50,246 nt of DNA, from IMG/VR virus record IMGVR_UViG_3300029183_000006, positions 1-50,246 of that record; one strand, given 5' to 3'. Below the pieces are notes generated by a model that did no database searches, was not told the origin of the DNA, and saw nothing but the letters and a program-made list of their open reading frames with translations. The stretch is from a virus. Lineage: Duplodnaviria > Caudoviricetes. Positions 19,539 through 27,953 of this stretch are shown one piece after another. Position 1 is the first letter of the stretch. Each line of letters opens with the position of its first letter. The position numbers were made by a program, and so were the translations under genes.

Positions 19539-20000
19539 TTGGCTGACACTCCAATTTCTGGTCTGGGAGCGGGAGGTGGGCTTCGCCCTACTGATGAGCT
19601 TGCGGTCAACCGCTTTAGTGCCAATGTCAAAGTTAATCCAGCGCCGGTTGTTATTCTCGTAGCGCTATCTGATGAGACGACAGCGCTTACCACAGGCACT
19701 GATGTTGTTACGATACGAGCGCCATTCGCCATGACGTTAACCAATGTTCGGGCGAGCGTAAACACAGCGCCGGTCGGGTCGGCTATTATTGTTGATATCA
19801 ATGAAGCCGGGACAACAATTCTTTCCACGAAGTTGACGATCGATGCTTCAGAGACGACAAGCACGACAGCGGCAACGGCGGCGGTGATTTCGGACGCATC
19901 GATTGCCGATGACGCTGAGATTTCTTTTAACGTAGTTCAAATCGGGTCATCGACAGCAGGCGCCGGTCTTAAGGCAATGCTGATTGGATATCCGACATGA
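19539..20000 (+). CDS. fibre-associated structural protein
   Basis: AGGAG RBS, TTG start, MADTPISGL; beta-rich. Confidence 0.6.
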   Translation: MADTPISGLGAGGGLRPTDELAVNRFSANVKVNPAPVVILVALSDETTALTTGTDVVTIRAPFAMTLTNVRASVNTAPVGSAIIVDINEAGTTILSTKLTIDASETTSTTAATAAVISDASIADDAEISFNVVQIGSSTAGAGLKAMLIGYPT

Positions 20001-20131
20001 TCATCATGTTCGTGCTTCAACCTCAACGTTTTACGCCATCTGGCGGCGGCGCCTCCAATGCTCGTGTGACGCCTGAAGGTGATACGCGGATAACGTCTGA
20101 AGGCGACACGAGGGTGCAGGCGGATGGCTAA
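19997..20131 (+). CDS. 44-aa peptide with tandem R(V/I)TxEGDT repeats (not in ORF track)
   Basis: ATGA overlap with the previous gene; MIIMFVLQPQRFTPSGGGASNARVTPEGDTRITSEGDTRVQADG; overlaps the next start. Confidence 0.6.
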   Translation: MIIMFVLQPQRFTPSGGGASNARVTPEGDTRITSEGDTRVQADG

Positions 20132-20663
20132 CAAAACGATCTCACAGCTTACCGCTGAAACCACGGTCGCCAATACGATGCTGCTTGAGATCGAAACGGC
20201 TGGCGGTGCTTCTAGGAAAATGACGCGCGCCAATCTGTTTGGTGGCGTGCCGTTGATTGACGATACGGCGGATAAAACATCTTCCGAGCTGACGTCTATT
20301 GCACGAACCGATATCGATCAAGACGACGATCTGATTATGGTTTGGGATAATAGCGCTGGTGAATTGAAGAAGATCGATTTTCAGGATTTGTATGATCTGG
20401 AAGCGGTCACGCCATCGACTGATTTCACGATCAACGCTTCGACAAGGCCGGGCGTGTTTATCGCACCGTCTGGCGGATCGACCTGCACGGTTGAGGCGAT
20501 GCGTGCCGGACAAAGCGTGCTGGTGGTGAATGTTTCAGGCGGCACTTACACTTTTTCAGCCTCGGGAACAACGATCGTTGGCGATACGACGGTTGGTGAT
20601 GACAAGCAGGCGACCCTGCTTGCGCGCACCACGACGACGATTCATATCGTGGCGGAATCGTAA
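20124..20663 (+). CDS. fibre-associated structural protein
   Basis: MANKTISQLT N-terminus; DD....D.SA..LKKI motif. Confidence 0.6.
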   Translation: MANKTISQLTAETTVANTMLLEIETAGGASRKMTRANLFGGVPLIDDTADKTSSELTSIARTDIDQDDDLIMVWDNSAGELKKIDFQDLYDLEAVTPSTDFTINASTRPGVFIAPSGGSTCTVEAMRAGQSVLVVNVSGGTYTFSASGTTIVGDTTVGDDKQATLLARTTTTIHIVAES

Positions 20664-20665
20664 CG

Positions 20666-21430
20666 ATGCTGATGACAGCCATGAGACCGCCGCCTGTTGG
20701 CGCTGATTCCGGGGGAGGGGGCATAACAGCACCTGCCTTTGGAACGGCAACATCATTTTCTAATAGCGATGAGTCGGCTGATGGCGCTTCGGTCGAATAT
20801 ACGTTTTCGCATACGCATACCGCTGGGTCCGATCCAGGGCTTTTGTTGTGTGTCGCGGTCAAGGGATCGACGGATGCGGTGGCGACGACCTATACGCTCG
20901 ATAAGGTTGCTTATAACGGGACATCAATTCTTTCCGGCAAGATAGGGGAAAGCTCAACTCGCCTGTTCGGGACAGCGCCGTCTGTCATCGCCTTCGTTAC
21001 GACCAGTCCATCGACAGGGTCGAATGATGTCGAATTCGATATCACGGCACCTGTTGGACAGACTATCCAATGCATTGCTGCGGTGGCCATTGATCTATCA
21101 AGTTTTTCCGAGGCAGGGTCTGGCCTGGATAGCGATAGCAGTGCATCAAGCGCAACCAGTCAATCGATCAGCGTAACAACTGGACAGGCCAACAGTCGTG
21201 TGTTCGGCATTACAGCGGCTCGGGCTCATGCCAATGGCGGCAACATCACGGCAACGACAAGCGGGTATTCCGAAATCGTCGATTTCGGCACTAGCTTTTC
21301 CAGCTCGACAGATATCGGCTTTGCGGTTCACACGCTGATCAAAGCTTCGGCTGGTGCTCAAGCCTATGCATCGTCATGGCCCAATTCAGCGGCTTTTGGA
21401 TCTCTTGGCTTCGAGTTGGAAGGCGTCTGA
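20666..21430 (+). CDS. Ser/Thr-rich beta-sandwich virion protein
   Basis: Similar to the N-terminal domain of 27954 and to 31587. Confidence 0.6.
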   Translation: MLMTAMRPPPVGADSGGGGITAPAFGTATSFSNSDESADGASVEYTFSHTHTAGSDPGLLLCVAVKGSTDAVATTYTLDKVAYNGTSILSGKIGESSTRLFGTAPSVIAFVTTSPSTGSNDVEFDITAPVGQTIQCIAAVAIDLSSFSEAGSGLDSDSSASSATSQSISVTTGQANSRVFGITAARAHANGGNITATTSGYSEIVDFGTSFSSSTDIGFAVHTLIKASAGAQAYASSWPNSAAFGSLGFELEGV

Positions 21431-21855
21431 TGGTCGCTCTTGTAGTCGCTTCAGGTACATGCCTCAAAGTCGGCACGTCAGTTGATGCTGTTCTTTCGAC
21501 GCTTGTTCCCGCCATAGCGCCGGTTGCGGTTGATGACAACGCTTCGGTCGCAGTGAGCTCTGGCGCAACATCAATAGATGTTCTGGATAATGATTCAGGA
21601 ACAAGTTTGACGCTGGACAGCGCGTCGATTGTTTCGGGCGGTGGTTCGGTTGCGATCGTTTCTCAAGAGGTCGAGTTCACCGCACCGTCAACTGCCGGGA
21701 CGACAATCGTTTCTTATGACGTGAGCAATGGGCGCGGGTCGGATACGGGCGTTCTGACGATCGTGGTGACGGAAACTGAGGCAGACACGGATTTTGGGGA
21801 TGCGCCTGCGACGAATAGCGATCCGGAGCCCATACTTTTGACGGCGGGGATTTAG
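21430..21855 (+). CDS. Ig-like (Big_9/cadherin-like) domain protein
   Basis: APVAVDD.A.......IDVL.ND.G ... SY.VS.G.G; ATG at 21430 overlaps the previous stop. Confidence 0.7.
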   Translation: MVALVVASGTCLKVGTSVDAVLSTLVPAIAPVAVDDNASVAVSSGATSIDVLDNDSGTSLTLDSASIVSGGGSVAIVSQEVEFTAPSTAGTTIVSYDVSNGRGSDTGVLTIVVTETEADTDFGDAPATNSDPEPILLTAGI

Positions 21856-21877
21856 TGATGGCGGTTGTGGTCAGTAC

Positions 21878-21910
21878 CCTGCGTAGATCCGGCCATCTTT
21901 GCGGGTTTTA
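21878..21910 (+). terminator. putative intrinsic terminator inside the fibre cluster
   Basis: Stem CCTGCGTAGAT/ATCTTTGCGGG (one mismatch, two G-U) followed by TTTTATT. Confidence 0.45.
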
Positions 21911-21929
21911 TTGTGTGGGAGTGTAAATC

Positions 21930-23399
21930 ATTTCTATTCTAAAAGTCACTGAATCGCCCTATAGCGCTGCAGGCGACGGATCGACCAACGACACGTCAGC
22001 TATTGCCAGCGCCATCTCCGCCGCGTCGGAGGGGGACGTAATTCTGTTTCCACGAGGTACCTACGAAACTGATACAATTTCTGTGCCTAGTGACAAGTCA
22101 CTCACTTTTCTAGGCGAAGGCCCTCAAGCATCAATAATTAGAACTCGTACAAACGATATTGACTGCTTCAAATCCGATAGAGGGACGGCGGTTGCAGAAG
22201 ATCGTTTCGAGAATCAGCAGATTTGGATTGGTCTCACAATTGTTCTACGAACTTCAGGGTCTGATACTGCGGCTTCGTTTAACCGATGCACTGTCGGAGG
22301 GTTGCCCGTTGGTTGCGCTGGGATTGCTTACGAGCGAGCAAATTTGCCGTCAAGCACAAGTAACGGAAACGACGAAGCCTGGCCATCAACCTTCGGGAAA
22401 ATAAGAAACTGCATCTTCAAAGATAACAACACTACAAGTGGCGGGCTTGGAAGTAATTCTTGTGCAATGTATTTTAGCGGTTCTGCCTACGGCTGGGAAT
22501 TTGATAGCATTGATTGTCACGACGTTGATCACGCTATAGTAATGACAGCGCCTTTTATTCGCAGATGCTCGGTCAACGCCGGAACAGACACGCTTACCTA
22601 TACAGTCGATAACAGCTTTGCTTATCCGTCGACGGCTCAAGTTACAATTATGCACCATACAGGTGCTGGGTCACTTTCCGGCGGATTAACGCGGCATGCT
22701 GATTATTTCGTGCGATCACCAACTGCTGGCACGTTGCAACTCTCAACTACATCCGGAGGGTCTGCTGTCAATATTACATCGGCAGGCACGGCGCCCGTCT
22801 ATGTGGCGGGGCGGGACAATTACGGCGGAGGCGCCATCGCGCCAGACGGCGTGTCGATTGATAAGCTCACTCAATATGGCGGCAAGTCACATTTGTCGAT
22901 TATCAACCCTGAAAACATCGCGATTGGTCGGACCGATTCTTATCAAATTAGCGGCAATCTCTTAGAGCTTCGTGGCTATCCATCAAGTTCACGCACTTAT
23001 CCTATTTCCTGCACGGTCGAGAATATGTATTCCGAAAGCCCGCAAACCACAGCGCCGCTTTCGACCAGTCAAAACACTGATCCATTTATTCATGTCGACG
23101 GCCGTGGTGTATCGATTAATCATATTCAGTTTCGCGGACGGGACGGGACATCGAACACGCGGCCTGTTTTAGAACTTGCTGGACTCGGCAATAAAATAGG
23201 CAGTGTTTACGCCCTTTCCAGTTTTTCCCAAGCGCAACCTGATCTTTGGGTGAGCGGCAATGGTTGCAAGCTTGAAGGCCTGGCTCACGGCGGGGCTCGG
23301 ATGTTTAATTCCGGATCTAACAATACAATCGAAGTGATCAACGAAAGTTCGGGGTCTCCCGGAACTCTCCATTCTGTCACTTCGGGGTCGCCGACATGA
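21930..23399 (+). CDS. pectate-lyase-3-like beta-helix tailspike, probable ATT start
   Basis: In-frame N-terminal motif YSAAGDGSTNDTSAI..AI......V.FP.GTY lies upstream of the ORF-track start 22083; TAA at 21924; GGAG 8 nt before ATT at 21930. Confidence 0.7.
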   Translation: MSILKVTESPYSAAGDGSTNDTSAIASAISAASEGDVILFPRGTYETDTISVPSDKSLTFLGEGPQASIIRTRTNDIDCFKSDRGTAVAEDRFENQQIWIGLTIVLRTSGSDTAASFNRCTVGGLPVGCAGIAYERANLPSSTSNGNDEAWPSTFGKIRNCIFKDNNTTSGGLGSNSCAMYFSGSAYGWEFDSIDCHDVDHAIVMTAPFIRRCSVNAGTDTLTYTVDNSFAYPSTAQVTIMHHTGAGSLSGGLTRHADYFVRSPTAGTLQLSTTSGGSAVNITSAGTAPVYVAGRDNYGGGAIAPDGVSIDKLTQYGGKSHLSIINPENIAIGRTDSYQISGNLLELRGYPSSSRTYPISCTVENMYSESPQTTAPLSTSQNTDPFIHVDGRGVSINHIQFRGRDGTSNTRPVLELAGLGNKIGSVYALSSFSQAQPDLWVSGNGCKLEGLAHGGARMFNSGSNNTIEVINESSGSPGTLHSVTSGSPT

Positions 23400-23770
23400 C
23401 GATCCGCTATGATCTTGGCCTTGATCCCAGGCGACCTGTCGTTAGTGGCGATTCGTTTGCCATCGCCACAACTGTGGTCACTGATCGTGATCGAACGCCG
23501 CAAAATCTAACATCAGCAACCGCGACCTATGCCGTTTACGATCTTGATCCTGATACTGGTGTAGCCGTAACACAGCAATTTCAAAAAACGGTCGGGTCTG
23601 GAATTGCCCTGACGGATACTAGCGCCGGCCTTCTGACAGTCACGGTTCTTGGCTCAAACACGGCAAGTTTAGGTGGTGATTATTTCCATGAGCTTGAACT
23701 GACGATTGGGTCCACCATCCAAACAGTTTTTTTCGGCACGCTGCGTCTGCGAATCGATGCAATCACATAG
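23396..23770 (+). CDS. BppU-N-like adaptor domain protein
   Basis: GDSF...P.NLT.ATA....GI..TD...G...VT....TA.L.G.Y.HEL.L pattern. Confidence 0.6.
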   Translation: MTIRYDLGLDPRRPVVSGDSFAIATTVVTDRDRTPQNLTSATATYAVYDLDPDTGVAVTQQFQKTVGSGIALTDTSAGLLTVTVLGSNTASLGGDYFHELELTIGSTIQTVFFGTLRLRIDAIT

Positions 23771-23789
23771 GTTAAAAGTGAAACATAAA

Positions 23790-23818
23790 TTCCAAAATCT
23801 TTATCTTTGGTGTAGAAT
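23790..23818 (+). promoter_or_regulatory. putative internal sigma70-like promoter
   Basis: TTCCAA-17 bp-TAGAAT in an AT-rich gap; same -10 as the capsid promoter. Confidence 0.45.
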
Positions 23819-23842
23819 CTCCATCAAGCAAAGGAAACACTC

Positions 23843-24139
23843 ATGGCAACCACCGTTAACTTAAACACCGCCGACAGCACGCTCAACAGTCAAGGAGAGT
23901 CCTGGACTAGTGGCGTTGCCGGCGAGCGCACCACGGCATCGTTCATCGAATGTGATAGCGGCAAGATTGAATATGCTGAAGCACCGACAGCATCGGCGCC
24001 GAGCACATCGTTTCGTGGTCATCTGCTCAATCAAGGCGAAAGCCAGAATATCGCAACAGTAGCTGCTTCAACCACGATTTGGGTTCGTGCAAGATCACGC
24101 GATGCGCTGGCTGTGGTCACGCCTGGCGCGGCGGCTTGA
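23843..24139 (+). CDS. small beta-rich virion protein
   Basis: AAGGA RBS; structural cluster. Confidence 0.6.
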   Translation: MATTVNLNTADSTLNSQGESWTSGVAGERTTASFIECDSGKIEYAEAPTASAPSTSFRGHLLNQGESQNIATVAASTTIWVRARSRDALAVVTPGAAA

Positions 24140-24142
24140 TCC

Positions 24143-25075
24143 TTGACAATTAACCGCCCTCGACAGTTTGGATTGCGCAACTCGTTAAGCGATGACGCGA
24201 TTTATAGTCGTGAGCGGCGCGATGGACTTATTCGGACTGACATTGATGCTGTCGTTAAGGGTGAACGACTGAGAGAGTCACGCGCCCAGATGTTGACACA
24301 AGCGATTGTGGCATCAGGCGATGCGTTTGCGCCTGTCTCTATCGACTTTCCAAGCTCAAGCCCACCTCGCTGGTCACTGTCAGGCTCGCTCGGTACGGAC
24401 ACCCCTACAGCGACGATGACGTGGTGGGAGAAGCCGGATACAAGCCTGTCCGCTTCATCGGCCTACGTTATTGGAAATTCTTCATCCAGTCGGTCGGTTA
24501 CTGCATTCAATGCCAATGACGGCGGCGTAAGAGAGGTTCGCGCGCCTACGTATGATGATGCTTCAAATATAGCGTTTATCACGTCAGCGAACAGGCCGCC
24601 TTTGGTGCGAAGTGAATGGAATTGCGTTTTATTGTCAGTGAACATTTCAACTTTTGATTACAATATAGCAATTGTGAATTCATCGGGCGTGACAACAGTT
24701 ACAGGCGTTCAATCGTCTGTCGGGTCTCCGACTTCTATTAGCTTTTCTGAGGCGACAACTACAATTATTGGCGCATTGAATTCTTCGGGAACATCACCTT
24801 ATTTCGGACAACTTGCTGAAATCACCGTCTACCGAGACGCCGGACTGATAGACTTCTCCAGCGCTGCTAATCGCCGAAAGTTCATCACTGAAGACGGTGC
24901 TGGCGGCATTCCGGTCAGCCTCGGCGCGGATGGTTCCACGCCATTTGGTACGCAGCCGCTCATTTACATGACTGGCTCTGATGTTGCTTCCTGGAACAAT
25001 GTTGGAGCAGCAGGCTCTTTCATATTAACAGGCACAGCAAGCGCTGGGACAACACCTGCGATACCGTCACCATGA
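24143..25075 (+). CDS. LamG/concanavalin-A-like virion protein (paralog 1)
   Basis: T.T.WEKP, EWN....S, IGA.....Y.G.LAEI, RRKFI...G.PV.LG.DGS.P.G.QP. Confidence 0.65.
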   Translation: MTINRPRQFGLRNSLSDDAIYSRERRDGLIRTDIDAVVKGERLRESRAQMLTQAIVASGDAFAPVSIDFPSSSPPRWSLSGSLGTDTPTATMTWWEKPDTSLSASSAYVIGNSSSSRSVTAFNANDGGVREVRAPTYDDASNIAFITSANRPPLVRSEWNCVLLSVNISTFDYNIAIVNSSGVTTVTGVQSSVGSPTSISFSEATTTIIGALNSSGTSPYFGQLAEITVYRDAGLIDFSSAANRRKFITEDGAGGIPVSLGADGSTPFGTQPLIYMTGSDVASWNNVGAAGSFILTGTASAGTTPAIPSP

Positions 25076-26088
25076 CGTTTGATCGCACACGAAAAAGAGA
25101 GGATCTTCGTGCCTCATTGAGTGAAAGCACGGTGTTGCGCCGTGAGCGTAGAGATCATTATCGTCTGTATCGGTCGGATATTTTATCTACTATTAAGGGA
25201 GAGCGGGTTCGTCCTGAACGAGCAGAAATGCTTGCTCAAACATCGGGCGATTCGTTTTCGCCTGTCTCAATCAATTTCCCGTCCAGCACACCACCAAGAT
25301 TTACCTTCGGATCAGCGCTAGGCCCGGACAACACATCATTGACCGTGACATGGTGGGAGAAACCAGAATCACTATCTGGCGGGTCAGATTATATCTGGGG
25401 GAATTCGAATTCCAATACTGGTTTTCGTGCCAATAGTGAGCGTTTGGCAGGCATTACTTATCCGCGCATCGTGGCTTACGAGGACGCTTCGAATTACGTC
25501 GAATTGGATGCGGCCACGGATCAAAATCTTGATTTGATCGTGGGGGAATGGAATTTTGTTGGTTATTCGATCGATATGACGGGACCAACGCTTTTGATCT
25601 GCGTGGTCAATTCCGATGGGGTAGCTACGTCTAGCCTGTTCGATCAGACAGGGTCGCCAACGACAATATCCATCAATTCTATGACATCTGGTGCGATCGG
25701 GTCGTTGCAAGAAGCAAGCCCGAATTCAACATATCTCGGTGATCTTGCTGAGATATTTGTGGCAACCGGAACGGGCCTGGTGAATTTTGCCGATGCGACA
25801 AATCGAAAGAAATTCATCTCGGCTGATGGCTCTAGCGGGCGTCCTGTCAATCTTGGTGTAGATGGTTCCACGCCGTTTGGTACGCAGCCTCTTGTTTATT
25901 TTACTGGCGCAACAGCGGATGACTGGAACAACGTAGGATCGGCTGGCGCGTTTACTGAGGTTGGCACGATAGCAGCTGGTGATGTTCCGCTCATTCCTGT
26001 TTCTGCTTCTGCGGTTCCGCTGACATTTGACGACACGGATTTCACTTTTGACGACACTGACATCACTTGGGACCAAACGGTAGTGTGA
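25072..26088 (+). CDS. LamG/concanavalin-A-like virion protein (paralog 2) with C-terminal TFDDT repeats
   Basis: Colinear similarity to 24143..25075; ends LTFDDTDFTFDDTDITWDQT. Confidence 0.65.
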   Translation: MTFDRTRKREDLRASLSESTVLRRERRDHYRLYRSDILSTIKGERVRPERAEMLAQTSGDSFSPVSINFPSSTPPRFTFGSALGPDNTSLTVTWWEKPESLSGGSDYIWGNSNSNTGFRANSERLAGITYPRIVAYEDASNYVELDAATDQNLDLIVGEWNFVGYSIDMTGPTLLICVVNSDGVATSSLFDQTGSPTTISINSMTSGAIGSLQEASPNSTYLGDLAEIFVATGTGLVNFADATNRKKFISADGSSGRPVNLGVDGSTPFGTQPLVYFTGATADDWNNVGSAGAFTEVGTIAAGDVPLIPVSASAVPLTFDDTDFTFDDTDITWDQTVV

Positions 26089-26089
26089 T

Positions 26090-27505
26090 ATGGCCAGTAT
26101 AACCACAGTTAACGTTGGAACGACTGATGATGATGGAACTGGCGCCACATTACGAGCTGGCGGCCAAGTCATCAACGCCAACTTTACGGCTATCAATACC
26201 GAAGTTGTCCAAGCAACGACTGACATAGCCGCTCTTGGTGATTTAGCTGATCTTAATACGGTTGGAACAAGCGAAATTGATGATGACGCCGTAACGCTTG
26301 CCAAAATCCAAGATATCGCAACGGCAAGTATTATAGGCAGGTCAACTGGCGGTACTGGCATCGCTGAAGTTCTTTCAGCAGCATCCACGCGAACACTTTT
26401 GAATGTTGAAGACGGGTCTACTGCCGATCAGACCGATTTGGAAATCGAAACGGCTTACAACAATCAGGTTAGCACCGTAGATCAGTCTACAGCTGAAGCT
26501 GGGGTATCAACAACGGTCTTTCGTTGGACGCCTCAACGGGTAAGTCAAGCAATTGCTGCACTTGGCAGCGATCTGTTTACGATATTCGGGCAAACCGCTG
26601 ATTTTGATATTTCAAGTTTTACCGATCAGTCTGGAGCGCCAAGTCTTTCTTCCGAACTCTTAATTCAACGTCCTGACACGTCTTACCGGTCATTGACACT
26701 GACATTGCTGGAACAAACGCTTAGTGTCGACGATCTGAAAACATTGTCTGGCGTTTCTAGTGGCGCCGTTAATCTTGGTACGTTCTCCGGATCAACTTTT
26801 ACTGACAATTCGACGATTAAAGCTGTTTTACAAGAGGCGGAGACAGCGATTGAAGGCTTGGACGATGCCGACATCGCTGCTGCTAGTTCGGCAACCAATT
26901 ATACGCCAGGTTCATCGACCGTTGATGGACATTTGTCTGGTATCGATACTGCACTTGGTGATGCCTCAAGCCTACCTGTTGATGACACGACTTTCATTGC
27001 AAAAGATCCGGCGGATGCAACTAAGCGAGTTAGATTTGATCTCGACCAAGCACTAACGTCAACTGATATTGTTTTGACGTTGGATGAAAGTGTCGATTTT
27101 ACCGATATCCTGACTGGAACAAGCGGTCAAAAACTTGGCTTCGATGCCACGCCGGAGACAGCGGTTTACTCCGATCGGCATGCGGCCAGCTTGAATCTCT
27201 ATGACGCGACGAAGCCCGCGAGTTTCACGACCGTGTTTGATGGGACTGTCGTCGCCTGCACCGGGGAAACAGACACTGGCACGGTTAATATCGCAGTTGA
27301 TATTGCCGGAACGAATGTGACTGGCCTTACGGCGGTTGCGCTGGATAGCACGATTTCTGGCAATAGAGACACATCAACGGCGGCAAACACCTACACCAAA
27401 GGCCAGCTGGTTACCGTTACCCCATCGGGCGCGTCTGGGTCTCCAACGCATATCACGGTCGTTGTCGAGCTCTTGCAGACCAGCCTACCAGGGACTCTCT
27501 CTTAA
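26090..27505 (+). CDS. tail fibre protein
   Basis: VNVG...DDGTGATLR......NANF N-terminus; IDDDAVTLAKI; RTLLNVEDG.TADQT fibre motifs. Confidence 0.7.
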   Translation: MASITTVNVGTTDDDGTGATLRAGGQVINANFTAINTEVVQATTDIAALGDLADLNTVGTSEIDDDAVTLAKIQDIATASIIGRSTGGTGIAEVLSAASTRTLLNVEDGSTADQTDLEIETAYNNQVSTVDQSTAEAGVSTTVFRWTPQRVSQAIAALGSDLFTIFGQTADFDISSFTDQSGAPSLSSELLIQRPDTSYRSLTLTLLEQTLSVDDLKTLSGVSSGAVNLGTFSGSTFTDNSTIKAVLQEAETAIEGLDDADIAAASSATNYTPGSSTVDGHLSGIDTALGDASSLPVDDTTFIAKDPADATKRVRFDLDQALTSTDIVLTLDESVDFTDILTGTSGQKLGFDATPETAVYSDRHAASLNLYDATKPASFTTVFDGTVVACTGETDTGTVNIAVDIAGTNVTGLTAVALDSTISGNRDTSTAANTYTKGQLVTVTPSGASGSPTHITVVVELLQTSLPGTLS

Positions 27506-27545
27506 TGATTCTTATCAACATGGGAACCGCTGAAAGGAGCCAGCC

Positions 27546-27944
27546 ATGGCATCTCTGATCTATGACAAGTATGTGGACGCCAGTCATACCGGAGGATCGA
27601 ATACTGATCTTTTGACCGGAAACATCAAAGCTCTTTTGATTGATACGAATGACTATACAGTTAATGGGGGCACTGATGAATTCAAAGATGACATCCCTTC
27701 TGCTGCTATTATAGCAACGTCCGGCAACCTCGCTAGCAAGACGTTTAGTGGCGGTGTTTTTGATGCGGCTGATGTGACGTTTTCCAGTGTTACTGGCGAC
27801 GCGGGCGAGGCTGTTGTTGTTTATGTTGATACCGGGACTGATTCCACCAGTAGGCTGGTCAACTATATTGATGGCCTGACGTTCACGCCGGATGGTAATG
27901 ATATTACATGCACGTGGAATGCAAGCGGTATTGCTCAGTTCTAG
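27546..27944 (+). CDS. short phage fibre/structural protein
   Basis: AAAGGAG RBS; IKA.L...Y, FDAADVTF, TP.G..IT..W...GI..F. Confidence 0.65.
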   Translation: MASLIYDKYVDASHTGGSNTDLLTGNIKALLIDTNDYTVNGGTDEFKDDIPSAAIIATSGNLASKTFSGGVFDAADVTFSSVTGDAGEAVVVYVDTGTDSTSRLVNYIDGLTFTPDGNDITCTWNASGIAQF

Positions 27945-27953
27945 GCGCTCATC

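Noticed and set aside
24143-26088. Diversity-generating retroelement TR/VR pair
   Set aside because: Both copies are intact paralogous genes, differences are not adenine-specific, and no reverse transcriptase is in the window
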